In this document: positions 1 to 9,082 of the stretch, piece after piece | How the letters are laid out: each line of letters begins with the position of its first letter | Position numbering within the stretch: the first letter of the stretch is position 1 | DNA from: Patescibacteria group bacterium | Lineage (GTDB): Bacteria; Patescibacteriota; Patescibacteriia; Veblenbacterales; UBA10138 | Reading direction: 5' to 3' | NCBI GenBank assembly: GCA_041648575.1 | Contig: JBAZOT010000002.1 | Span: 34,038 to 98,037, forward strand | DNA: 64,000 bases | Translations under genes and position numbers: made by a program | Notes under the pieces: generated by a model | Database searches by the model: none | The model's input: the letters and a program-made list of their open reading frames with translations, nothing else | Told to the model about the DNA's origin: nothing

Positions 1-28
1 AACCCGTGGTTTAACTATAGCTGTTGAA

Positions 29-469
29 ATGAGACGCTACCAGACAATTTATTTAAGCGGCGGTGGCCACGAGCAAGTCTTAGACATCAAAAGAAGAATG
101 GAATTTAAAAATCTACGCAATAAAATTTACCAACTGAAAAGAACACGCTACTTAGTAACTAAAAAAATAGGTAACAGATTAATGGTTAGCCTAACGGCTA
201 AGGGAAAAAAAGAATTGCTTAAATATAAAATTTCCAGCGCTTTACCATATAAAGATAATTTATCAACTATGGTTATATTTGATATACCAGAACAAGCGCG
301 GCAAGGTAGAGATTATTTTAGAAATTTCTTGAGAGAAAATAATTTTAAGCAGATCCAAAAAAGCGTTTGGTTTAGTAAACAAAATGTTACTCAACCGCTG
401 AATGATTTTCTAAAATACTACCGTTTAACAGATTGGGTAAAAGTATTTGAAGCACGAACTATTAAATAG
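29..469 (+). CDS. PaaX-like regulator with Cas2-like (ferredoxin-fold) C-terminal domain
   Basis: Motif VIFDIPE...RDYFRNFL...FKQIQKSVW after a wHTH-like segment (SLTAKGK); common stand-alone CPR family; no array or cas1 nearby. Confidence 0.7.
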   Translation: MRRYQTIYLSGGGHEQVLDIKRRMEFKNLRNKIYQLKRTRYLVTKKIGNRLMVSLTAKGKKELLKYKISSALPYKDNLSTMVIFDIPEQARQGRDYFRNFLRENNFKQIQKSVWFSKQNVTQPLNDFLKYYRLTDWVKVFEARTIK

Positions 470-600
470 AATTATTTGCATTTTTCTAACGATCGTGTGT
501 TTTTTACAAATGTGGTTTTTGTGTTAAATATTATAAATGAGGAAAATAAAAGAGCCGATGTTAAGCTGAATATAGTTTAATCCCCATTTTTTATAAAAAT

Positions 601-1086
601 ATGCGCATTACCTACGATGCAAATCGTGATCTAAAAAATTGGTTTCGGATTAAAGAGAATTATCCTGAAACATTTACTATTATCAAATATTATCCTTTTG
701 ATAAAAATATACCCCTAAACCACGAGAAATTTAATGCTATTGTTAAAACAATTAGCGTAACTGATATTAAAAGCTTTGATGAATTAGCTAATGGTATTAC
801 TCTGGAATGGAAAAAAATAGAGAAAAAAGTTACATCTCAAATTTTTGATTACTTAGGTGGTTTAAAATCTATTAATTTTAAGGTAAATCTAACAACTGCT
901 TACCTTATGCCTTATGACGAGCGTGACAACTGGTTTATGATACCAACACATAAATCAATAACAGAACAATTACGCTGTATTGCTCACGAGCTATTTCATT
1001 TATATCATTATCAAAAAAATCCTTCCGCTTCACAAAAGGAGCGAGAATTGGAAGTACAAAAATTCCTACAATTTTTGGCAATATAG
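601..1086 (+). CDS. Putative HEXXH zinc metallopeptidase-like protein
   Basis: IAHELFHLYH motif near C-terminus. Confidence 0.5.
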   Translation: MRITYDANRDLKNWFRIKENYPETFTIIKYYPFDKNIPLNHEKFNAIVKTISVTDIKSFDELANGITLEWKKIEKKVTSQIFDYLGGLKSINFKVNLTTAYLMPYDERDNWFMIPTHKSITEQLRCIAHELFHLYHYQKNPSASQKERELEVQKFLQFLAI

Positions 1087-1142
1087 ACCAAAAACTCTTG
1101 ACCAACTAATAGTATAGTATTATTGTTGAAAATTGGCAAATT

Positions 1143-1174
1143 AAAAACCCCGAAGTCTTATTGACCTCGGGGTT
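1143..1174 (-). terminator. Intrinsic terminator downstream of the T9SS-CTD remnant
   Basis: aaccccga...tcggggtt hairpin followed by a T run on the minus strand. Confidence 0.55.
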
Positions 1175-1197
1175 GTTCTCACTCTTTACGCTTACTC

Positions 1198-1452
1198 TTA
1201 TTTTAAGAGTAACATTTTTTTGATCGCGACTTTGTCGCTAGTGCGCAATTGGTAAAAGTACATACCGCTTGGTGCATTACCTGCATTCCATTCCACCAAT
1301 GTGGCTACTTCCTGCCCCAGCAGATTATACACCTTCAGAGTAGTCCAGAGACTGCCGCGCTCACTGCGTTCGCTCGCAGTGACATTGTTGTCATTGTGAG
1401 GCGTAGCGATGAAGTCACCCCTTCGGGAGATCCCGCGTAGCGGGACAATCTC
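1198..1452 (-). pseudogene. Remnant 3' end of a T9SS C-terminal sorting-domain gene, homologous to 2566-2817
   Basis: Minus-strand translation NDNNVTASERSERGSLWTTLKVYNLLGQEVATLV/EWNAGNAPSGMYFYQLRTSDKVAIKKMLLLK* aligns with the C-terminus of 2566..4257 with an 11-codon deletion; no start or N-terminal part. Confidence 0.85.
1415..1445 (-). repeat. Double-hairpin small dispersed element (TAC loop + GAA loop)
   Basis: Reverse complement tcccgc-tac-gcggga-tctccc-gaa-ggggtga has the same architecture as the inserts at 20049-20078 and 20135-20164; it interrupts the REP motif gaag^caatctc. Confidence 0.7.
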
Positions 1453-1495
1453 TTAAGAAAAGTCTAAATATCCAACTTCATAAAATATATCCATT

Positions 1496-1524
1496 TTGAC
1501 TAACTTTATAAAGTTTGATAATAT
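1496..1524 (+). promoter_or_regulatory. Sigma70-like promoter with palindromic putative operator upstream of HTH-Fic
   Basis: TTGACT-N17-TAATAT; perfect palindrome aactttataaagtt (1502-1515) in the spacer. Confidence 0.55.
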
Positions 1525-1545
1525 GATGATATATAGTAAAAATCT

Positions 1546-2472
1546 ATGACTACTCGTCAAAAACTTGAAATTATACAAAAAATGTTGGCACTTACTCAAA
1601 CCAAGTTAGCCGAACGATTTGGCGTGTCTTTTGTCACCTTTAATAGTTGGTGGACAGAAAAGTCTTCGCCTAGGGCAAAAAAACAAGCAGCCATCGACCA
1701 GTTGTTTTTAGAAGTAACGGGGCAAAAAATAGTTCCTGCTAGTACGCTTGCCGCCAAAAAGCAAGCCTTGCGGCAAAAGTCGTCTAAACATAAAAGTATT
1801 ATTGCCACAATTCTGGCCAACCCCGATATCCGTGATCAATTTATTTTAAAACTTACTTATCATAGTAATAGTATTGAGGGTAGCACTCTAACCGAATTGG
1901 ATACGGCCGCTATTTTGTTTGATAATGCCGCCTTGCCGGATAAAAGTTTAACTGAGCATTTGGAAGCAAAAAATCATCAAACCGCTTTGAATTACTTGTT
2001 TGCTCATATTAGTCAAGCTCAAAAAATTGATGAGAGTTTAATATTAAAGCTTCATAGTATTTTAATGAATGGTATTAGATCAGACGCCGGCTCATATCGT
2101 AACCATGCCGTTAGGATTACTGGTGTTAATTTGCCCACCGCTAATTATTTAAGCGTTCCCAAATTAATAGCGGAGGTTATAAGGCGTGCCGTTTCGTCCA
2201 CTAAAGATATTATTGCCTTATCAGCAGGCGTTCATAGTCATTTTGAACAGATTCATCCTTTTTCCGACGGCAACGGTCGCATGGGGAGATTGCTTTTAAA
2301 TGCTATGTTGCTTGGTTCCAATTTTGCTCCTGCTATTATCAACCAAAACCAAAGACAGCTTTATTATACCTATCTTTATAAAGCGCAAACTCAAAATGAT
2401 TTTAGTCAATTGGAAGATTTTTTTTGTGATGCTGTTATTGATGGTTTTAAGGTTTTGGAACGTCTTGATTAA
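1546..2472 (+). CDS. HTH-Fic family protein with internal inhibitory helix
   Basis: N-terminal XRE-like HTH (TQTKLAERFGVSFVTFNSW), SNSIEGS motif, catalytic HPFSDGNGRMGR. Confidence 0.9.
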   Translation: MTTRQKLEIIQKMLALTQTKLAERFGVSFVTFNSWWTEKSSPRAKKQAAIDQLFLEVTGQKIVPASTLAAKKQALRQKSSKHKSIIATILANPDIRDQFILKLTYHSNSIEGSTLTELDTAAILFDNAALPDKSLTEHLEAKNHQTALNYLFAHISQAQKIDESLILKLHSILMNGIRSDAGSYRNHAVRITGVNLPTANYLSVPKLIAEVIRRAVSSTKDIIALSAGVHSHFEQIHPFSDGNGRMGRLLLNAMLLGSNFAPAIINQNQRQLYYTYLYKAQTQNDFSQLEDFFCDAVIDGFKVLERLD

Positions 2473-2477
2473 AGTAT

Positions 2478-2504
2478 TGTCACCCTGAACTTGATTCAGG
2501 ATCT
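2478..2504. repeat. REP-like palindrome
   Basis: tgtcaccctgaacttgattcaggatct, same family as 8925-8984. Confidence 0.55.
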
Positions 2505-2565
2505 ATTTATAATAAATAAAAGAGCCGATACTGTTCAGGTATCGGCTTTAAATTACATTTCGGTT

Positions 2566-4257
2566 TTATTTTATTAAAACCATTTTTTTTGTTTCGCAGT
2601 AGCTACCAGCAGTCAAGCGGTAAAAATACATACCACTTGGATTATTGCCAGCGTTCCATTCCACTGAGTGCTTACCCTGTTCTTTTGTTTCATTCACTAG
2701 CGTCGCCACTTCCTGCCCCAGCAGATTGTATACTTTGAGTGTTACGAGACTGCCGCGCTCACTGCGTTCGCTCGCAGTGACATTGTTGTCATTGCGAGGC
2801 ATAGCCGAAGCAATCTCATACTTAATCGTTGTCACCGGATTAAACGGATTCGGATAGTTTTGTTCCAACTGAAACGCAATTGGGATCCCGAGCACTGTCG
2901 AGGGGTCTTGCTCACCATCTGGTGGCGGCGGCGGTAATTCGTCTATATCCACGATATTAATTCGTGAGTATGAGGCTTTCGTCAGCAATGGTATGTTTAG
3001 ATACAGTGTGCCTGCCTCGTTCACTTTGATCCAATATCCATTGCCAGGCCTCAGAGTGTCTTCTGGTAAATAACTTCCATTATAGCCAAAGAATTGGCTT
3101 GTTATCATACCAGGATCTACTAATATATCCGCGCAAGCAATTGGTTCAGTCAGCGAACCAATCATATTCCAGCCTTCAGTTACTGAAATGGTGTTATTAG
3201 TAACAGGTTCACCGTTGATAATAACACTTTGGTCTTCACTGAACTTTAACCAGTAGCCAATTCCACATTTAAGCGTGTCAACATCAACATAATTACCATT
3301 GTAAGCATAGGCAGAAGATATAGCAGTGGGAAAGAGAGAATTTAAGGACATATTATCTGCCTGTCTGGCTATCGATATCATATTCCACCCTTTTTTTACG
3401 GGGTAGTATTCTGCGTTTGGCGAATATTCACCAAAATTTATTCCAGCCCAATGCAGTGTATCACCAATCGTAATAGTTGTTTCGGGAGTAGTGGCTATCC
3501 AACCACCGGCTTTAGTTTCTGGTTTTACAGTATATATTCCTCGTGGAACAGCTAGAAGGGCATAGTTACCTAAGGCATTGGTAGTAGTTGAATCTTGATG
3601 CGTACCGTTAGCATCTAAATATATCTTCCAGTTACTCATACCGTTTTCGCCACTATCAATTATGCTGTTTTGATTTGCGTCATTGAATAATACGCCAGAA
3701 ATAGTGCCTTTTTCACCACCATCATAAAATAAGATTTGTGATACTCCTTGTCCACTAGTAAAATGATCAAAATCACCAATGACAGCACCAAGAACTGACC
3801 ATGGCACATAACATATAATTAACGAAATAGAATCGAAATATGCAAGTGTACCATTCCATGGCCCCAGAAAATCTGTTGTTTGCCAACTAGTATCTCCTGC
3901 TATTCCATCAGCACTCAGAGGATAGACTGTAGTGTCCCCATGGTGTAGAGAAAACGAGAATATATAGATAACACCAGGATGACTCTGATAACCTCGTTGG
4001 TCAATATGAATAAATCCATTAAATGGTGTTAAATCTACTCTTCTTCCATATATCACACTATCTGACAATTGATCACCATTTGCTTCAATCCGTATTGCCC
4101 AGCCAGATCCTCTGCTTCCACCTTGGTGAGTATATATAGAGTCATACATAGTTGAAAGAACACGATTCCATCCATCATTATTTTGCGCATAAACAGCAAT
4201 GGTAAACACCATCGCTATTAATATCGCGATTGCAATATATAAATTTTTAAGTTTCAT
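2566..4257 (-). CDS. Secreted protein with SdrD-B-like domain and T9SS (Por) type-A C-terminal sorting domain
   Basis: Signal peptide; ISGVLFNDANQNSIIDSGENGMSNWKIYLD; C-terminal LEQNYPNPFNPVTTIKY...LKVYNLLGQEVATLV...SGMYFYRL...KKMVLIK. Confidence 0.85.
   Translation of the reverse strand: MKLKNLYIAIAILIAMVFTIAVYAQNNDGWNRVLSTMYDSIYTHQGGSRGSGWAIRIEANGDQLSDSVIYGRRVDLTPFNGFIHIDQRGYQSHPGVIYIFSFSLHHGDTTVYPLSADGIAGDTSWQTTDFLGPWNGTLAYFDSISLIICYVPWSVLGAVIGDFDHFTSGQGVSQILFYDGGEKGTISGVLFNDANQNSIIDSGENGMSNWKIYLDANGTHQDSTTTNALGNYALLAVPRGIYTVKPETKAGGWIATTPETTITIGDTLHWAGINFGEYSPNAEYYPVKKGWNMISIARQADNMSLNSLFPTAISSAYAYNGNYVDVDTLKCGIGYWLKFSEDQSVIINGEPVTNNTISVTEGWNMIGSLTEPIACADILVDPGMITSQFFGYNGSYLPEDTLRPGNGYWIKVNEAGTLYLNIPLLTKASYSRINIVDIDELPPPPPDGEQDPSTVLGIPIAFQLEQNYPNPFNPVTTIKYEIASAMPRNDNNVTASERSERGSLVTLKVYNLLGQEVATLVNETKEQGKHSVEWNAGNNPSGMYFYRLTAGSYCETKKMVLIK
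2746..2817. repeat. REP/RPE-like palindromic element in frame (24 codons) within the T9SS CTD
   Basis: gagactgccgcgctcactgcgttcgctcgcagtgac...gtcattgcgaggcatagccgaagcaatctc; same family as intergenic copies at 15155-15235 and 25929-26013. Confidence 0.75.
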
Positions 4258-4589
4258 TTTTTAATTCTCCTTTCTAAAGAGAAATTTGTTTTTATTTTTT
4301 GTTTTTAAACTTGTTGGTTTAACAAAACTGATAAACTACTAAAACTAGTGTCTAGGAACTAATTATCAGCTTTGTTAATCCGGCAAATTTGTAAGGGGGT
4401 GCAGGTTTTTTAGAATTTGAAATCCATACTTCTACTATACACCATTAAACACTCCATTATGGACCAAAATGGTATTTTTGTCAATGGCAAAAACCTTAAT
4501 TAACAAAAAATGGCTAATTTTAGCCATTAACCTCTTAAAAAATACTACATGACTATCACTATAACAACTATAACATTTCTACTTTATAA

Positions 4590-7500
4590 TTATAATTTAC
4601 TGCACAAAATATAATATTTACCGACAGTATCGCGTCTCAACCCAACCATATACTCACCACTCCTACAGGCCTTGTTATCAACCCCTGTAAGATTAAGTCC
4701 AATATCTCCAACATCAATTCCACTACCCCCACCTTCTGGAATAACGTTAAACTTAATTGAGGTTTCCGACTCGCCCCAAATATTCTCCCCTGCTTTAATA
4801 TCTTTATTTATTATCAAATTACCACCGGTTGTTTGTTTATCCAAAAATAGTAAAATGTTATTAGTATCACCCACTGCCATAGTGAGTATGTCGGATCCGT
4901 CCGTAATACTGTAAATACCATTAAACGTAGAGTCAATAGATTGTTTATTAAAGTTCTCCCATTGGTTGTTAATTAGTGAACTACCGTTAAACTTCTGCTG
5001 CATAATTTTTCCGTCAACCCCAGCAACACGCACGTAATTATCAGAATTTATGGTCACTGTTCTTCCATTAACCCAATAATAAGGCAGTATTGCGGGTGTT
5101 ACTGACACGGGTGTTATACCAGCACTTGTAATGGTGAGTTGTGTTACTTTAGAGCTCCCGACCGCCACAGCAATAGCTGTCCAAACACCGCTAATCGGAT
5201 CATTCTTCCAGCTGATAACCTTTACGCCGTAGTAAGCGGCGGCATTAACATTACTGTCAACATTACCCGCCAAGGTGTTTATCTGCAACCAGTTAGCTCC
5301 TCCATCTAAGCTAGCCACTATCACCCCTCCAGCATTAGTCACCTTCCTATCTCCGACAGCCACCACCACCGCATTACCACTAATATCAACTGCCCCATCT
5401 ATGGCACGATAGTAGTAAGAAGTTGGCAACGACGGTGCTCCACTATTTGTCCAACTTGCCGTAGTACTACAAGCACTGACAGTCTTAATGTATTTGCCCA
5501 CTGCCCAAACTTTTGTGCTACTCTGGGCCCAAACGCCGTAATTATAACTATCAAGTGTTGCGCTTGTAGCTATCCAGGTACTACCCCCATCAATTGAGCA
5601 AGCGCCAGTAGTGCCGTTACCCACTGCCCACAGTGTGCTATTCGCACCTGTTACTGCATTGTAATAAATATTAGGTGCTCCTCCAGTAGCTCCCACAACG
5701 ATTGGATCACTAAACGTAACTCTAGCCGCAGCGCCAGTACCACTTACATTACCAACTGCAATAATTCCGCTAGTACCGACGACGGCAAATTTTCTTAAAG
5801 AAGCACTACCCCAGACACCGTTGATATTACTGGTACCAACTATAATACTGGCAATATCCAGCTCGCCCTGGGTCCAGGCTGAGTTCGGAAAATTTATGGT
5901 ACCGATATTGCCATCTGGCCCAACCGTCAGCACCTGCTGCAAGCCTGCTGTAGAAAATCCCGCAGCGCCAGCCCATTTTATATCACTCGTGCTCCCAGAA
6001 TATGGTACATATACTCCTCTATAAATTATAGTTTTGTTATCACTATTAATATCCCCCACCATAATTTTATTTGCTATCATCGTAGTAGCCGCGAAGTGCT
6101 TCCCATCAGATGTTAATGACAAATCAGATAACGCTCCATACACTAACGATTTAGTTTCTGTCCAACTATCACCTCCATCTGTTGATAGTACTATATGAGG
6201 TGGGGTCATTCCACCACGTGCTGCAATTATTACTTTGCCATCAAGAGTACCCACCATGTTCTGTAGTATATAAAAGGCCGTTTTACCTTGCGTTGACGGA
6301 ATCACATACCAGTCATATGTTCCACCAAGATTCCTAACTCCTTTAATAATTCCATCATTGTGCGTGGCAAGTATAATTACAGACCCATCGTTGTTTACCC
6401 ACCCAGTCTGTACCCGTTGATACACATCATTTGCCACTAGCCATTCTTTGCTCGGTCCATTAACAATAGTTGACAGTCCTGATTCAAACTTAATCAATGG
6501 CAGGAATGATTCGCCTGTCGGAATCCCCTGTACAACTATTAGGGCAAAGTTGTTGTTACCAATAATATCAACTTTTATGCAGTTTTTGCATATAGTACTC
6601 ACATCTCTCTTTGTCCAGGTTTGAAAATTAGGGCTATCGGTTGAAGTATAAAAAAAATTATTACCAGCATTTATCACAGCGAAACTACTGTTAGGCGCTA
6701 TCCAAACTTGCTTTAATGCCAATTGATTAGCAATCAAATTTTCATCTACATATTTTTTAATAGTTTGAAATTTCCAAGTACCATTAGCAGAGTTAAAAAC
6801 AGCCACTTGCGCATCCCGCTTCACAGCATAAGCACCACCTGGGGAAATAGCCAGCGCCAACGGCCTGGAATCTGGTGCTGGTGTAACCACGGAAGCAATA
6901 TCAACAAAATCAACCCCGGTTGGGAGATTAAGAGGTGCGGAGTTCGCCTGTATCATACCAGGCGCTTTAATATCATTATATACTTCCAAATTACGCTTAA
7001 CCGTAACGTCACCGCCCCCGCCTTGGCTAAGGTTAATATTTTCTATTGGATCATTTGGGTTATTTGGATCGACATACCGCCAAAGTGAGGGATTAGAGTT
7101 GGAACTCAATAATTCCGAACATGATCCATCCGACTTAAGTACACAGATCTGATCAGTAATCATTAGCTTACTTATAAGCAGGCCAGCCCAACCGGATATC
7201 TTATCGCTATAAAGACCAAAATTATCAACATTAGTCCGAAAAACAGCCAGGTTATTATCTACGCCGTCTCCTAGATCATCTTTAGCTACATTCACCACCA
7301 ATGCGTCACGCTGATAGAACGAACTAGTAATACTAGGATCAGGATTAAGCGGGTCGGCCGTTAGACTACTAGGATCTAAACGCAACTGACCAACCACATC
7401 TAGTGTAGTACCAGGCATATCGGTACCTATACCAACATACTGTGTTGCAAAATTTTTAGGGTAAATGGCTTTACCATCAGTTGAAGCTAACCATAAGCTC

Positions 7501-7814
7501 TCGCTACCGCCGCCCAAATCAGCCCACCCCCCCGTACTATTATTATTGACTGCTTGCCACATCCTAAACTTGCCTAAACACTTATTATAATAAATTGCGC
7601 CGTTGGTGGAGCCAACAACAGAAGAAGGGTCTGCCTCCAAACAACCAACTTGGGCTTGGGCAAATGATATGCTAAACGGATCGCCAAAACTAAAATTACC
7701 AAAATGCCCACCGGATAAAAAGGTCCCACCGGTTTGCCATAAAGACAAGCCGAATCCTAGCGCTGCGACCAGCGGCAAAACGATGAGTAGATTAGTGATG
7801 AAACGTTTGGTCAT
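4590..7814 (-). CDS. Large surface protein with Asp-box (BNR) beta-propeller repeats and fibre-like N-terminus
   Basis: N-terminal TM/signal, VGIGTDMPGTTLDV motif, STDGGDSW/SIDGGSTW/SLDGGANW boxes, C-terminal CRSGEYMVGL...C. Confidence 0.7.
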   Translation of the reverse strand: MTKRFITNLLIVLPLVAALGFGLSLWQTGGTFLSGGHFGNFSFGDPFSISFAQAQVGCLEADPSSVVGSTNGAIYYNKCLGKFRMWQAVNNNSTGGWADLGGGSESLWLASTDGKAIYPKNFATQYVGIGTDMPGTTLDVVGQLRLDPSSLTADPLNPDPSITSSFYQRDALVVNVAKDDLGDGVDNNLAVFRTNVDNFGLYSDKISGWAGLLISKLMITDQICVLKSDGSCSELLSSNSNPSLWRYVDPNNPNDPIENINLSQGGGGDVTVKRNLEVYNDIKAPGMIQANSAPLNLPTGVDFVDIASVVTPAPDSRPLALAISPGGAYAVKRDAQVAVFNSANGTWKFQTIKKYVDENLIANQLALKQVWIAPNSSFAVINAGNNFFYTSTDSPNFQTWTKRDVSTICKNCIKVDIIGNNNFALIVVQGIPTGESFLPLIKFESGLSTIVNGPSKEWLVANDVYQRVQTGWVNNDGSVIILATHNDGIIKGVRNLGGTYDWYVIPSTQGKTAFYILQNMVGTLDGKVIIAARGGMTPPHIVLSTDGGDSWTETKSLVYGALSDLSLTSDGKHFAATTMIANKIMVGDINSDNKTIIYRGVYVPYSGSTSDIKWAGAAGFSTAGLQQVLTVGPDGNIGTINFPNSAWTQGELDIASIIVGTSNINGVWGSASLRKFAVVGTSGIIAVGNVSGTGAAARVTFSDPIVVGATGGAPNIYYNAVTGANSTLWAVGNGTTGACSIDGGSTWIATSATLDSYNYGVWAQSSTKVWAVGKYIKTVSACSTTASWTNSGAPSLPTSYYYRAIDGAVDISGNAVVVAVGDRKVTNAGGVIVASLDGGANWLQINTLAGNVDSNVNAAAYYGVKVISWKNDPISGVWTAIAVAVGSSKVTQLTITSAGITPVSVTPAILPYYWVNGRTVTINSDNYVRVAGVDGKIMQQKFNGSSLINNQWENFNKQSIDSTFNGIYSITDGSDILTMAVGDTNNILLFLDKQTTGGNLIINKDIKAGENIWGESETSIKFNVIPEGGGSGIDVGDIGLNLTGVDNKACRSGEYMVGLRRDTVGKYYILCSKL

Positions 7815-7819
7815 AATTT

Positions 7820-7945
7820 ACAGAATCAAGAATTATGAATTATGAATACTGAATGGTGAATAATGAATTAAGAATAGAAAATTTGGAATCAAGGATTTAG
7901 GATTTAGCCTGCCTGTCACAGGCAGAGACTTAGAATTTAGGAAGA
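7820..7945. repeat. Degenerate period-7 tandem repeat (NNGAATN) with inserted palindrome
   Basis: cagaatc aagaatt atgaatt atgaata ctgaatg gtgaata...; ctgcctgtcacaggcag inserted near 7909. Confidence 0.7.
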
Positions 7946-8054
7946 ATGTTATGGTGTTGTAGTTGTTATTGATAATCTAGAATTATGAATAGTGAATGAA
8001 GGCAAAAGTTAATTGTTATAATGTTAGAGTAAGAGATAATGACTAATTTCTGAT

Positions 8055-8396
8055 TTATGAATCTAATGTAAGTAACTGCTTAATCTGTGCTTTGAACTCA
8101 GGTAGACTGATGGTGACTGTATCCCACACGATAGCCAAGTCTATACCAAAGTAGTGGTGGATGAGAATATTTCGTGTGGCCATAGCCTTGTCCCAAGCAA
8201 TGTGGGGGTGTTGAGCTTTGAATCCTTCGGGAAGATTTTTGACGGCCTCCCCCATAATCTCTAACCTTCTCATAATGGCGTCCTGCTTCTCGGGAGACTT
8301 GAGCCAAGCTTCTTCGGAAAGGCCGCGCGCATACTCCTCAATAGCAGCAATACTTTCCATAATATGTTTCAAAAATATCTGATGGTCGTTTTTCAT
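8055..8396 (-). CDS. HepT-like (DUF86) HEPN RNase toxin
   Basis: RRLEIMGEA and RNILIHHYFGID (Rx4H) motifs. Confidence 0.9.
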   Translation of the reverse strand: MKNDHQIFLKHIMESIAAIEEYARGLSEEAWLKSPEKQDAIMRRLEIMGEAVKNLPEGFKAQHPHIAWDKAMATRNILIHHYFGIDLAIVWDTVTISLPEFKAQIKQLLTLDS

Positions 8397-8686
8397 AAAA
8401 TGCGCACTTGCTCTGTTAAGATGCGATCTTTGAGAAGTGGGTGTAGCGAGCGGTAGGTGACGACATCGATGTTTTTACCGAGCGCTTGCTCCAACTTTAG
8501 TTGCAAGTCGGCCAGATCAAACAGGCTGGTGCCCCGCGGCACCTCAATCAGGAAATCAATATCACTGCCCTCGCCCCCCTCGCCTCGCACATAAGAACCA
8601 AACAGCGAGGAGCGGATAACGCCCGCCTGCCGCAAGATGGGCAGGGCAGTATGTTTAATGGCTTCGATGGTGTAGGAACGAGGCAT
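8393..8686 (-). CDS. MNT minimal nucleotidyltransferase antitoxin
   Basis: LFGSYVRGE...SDIDFL motif; 4-nt overlap with the HEPN gene. Confidence 0.9.
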   Translation of the reverse strand: MPRSYTIEAIKHTALPILRQAGVIRSSLFGSYVRGEGGEGSDIDFLIEVPRGTSLFDLADLQLKLEQALGKNIDVVTYRSLHPLLKDRILTEQVRIL

Positions 8687-8710
8687 AAATATTTAAATCC
8701 TAAATTCTAA

Positions 8711-8765
8711 TGAAAGCTTGGCTTTCACCCCGATCAATATCGGGGTAGTCCGCCATGGCGGACTA
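8711..8765. repeat. Three stacked short hairpins inside a taaatcc heptamer tract
   Basis: tgaaagc-ttg-gctttca, accccgat-caat-atcggggt, tagtccgcc-at-ggcggacta. Confidence 0.65.
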
Positions 8766-8924
8766 AATCCTAAATAATAAATGAAATAATTAATAATTAA
8801 ATCCTAAAATTATAAAATAAATGTTAATTGTTATAATACAGAATTAAGAATAATGAATAAAGAATTATAAATAGTGAATAATGAACATGGGATTTTTTAT
8901 TTATCATCCCGAACCCCTTCCTTT

Positions 8925-8984
8925 TGTCATTCCGAATTTATTTCGGAATCTATTTTGAGATGCTGAACTAAATTCAACATGACA
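8925..8984. repeat. Inverted pair of REP-like palindromes
   Basis: tgtcattccgaatttatttcggaatct...agatgctgaactaaattcaacatgaca. Confidence 0.6.
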
Positions 8985-9082
8985 GTATTCTTTGTTCTTA
9001 CTTAATTAAAGGGCAGGCAGGAATCCTAAACAATAGTTGAAATAATTAATAAGTTAAATTTATGAATTATTGCGCTATAAAA

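Noticed and set aside
29-469. CRISPR-Cas locus suggested by the Cas2-like motif
   Set aside because: No repeat-spacer array, cas1 or effector gene in the window; better explained as a stand-alone PaaX-like protein.
1249-1440. 63-aa plus-strand ORF and similar short antisense ORFs in the track
   Set aside because: They are shadows of opposite-strand coding sequence or of repeats, with no recognisable motifs.
1198-2817. Diversity-generating retroelement template/variable repeat pair
   Set aside because: Differences are mostly synonymous and not adenine-specific, there is an indel, and no reverse transcriptase is present.
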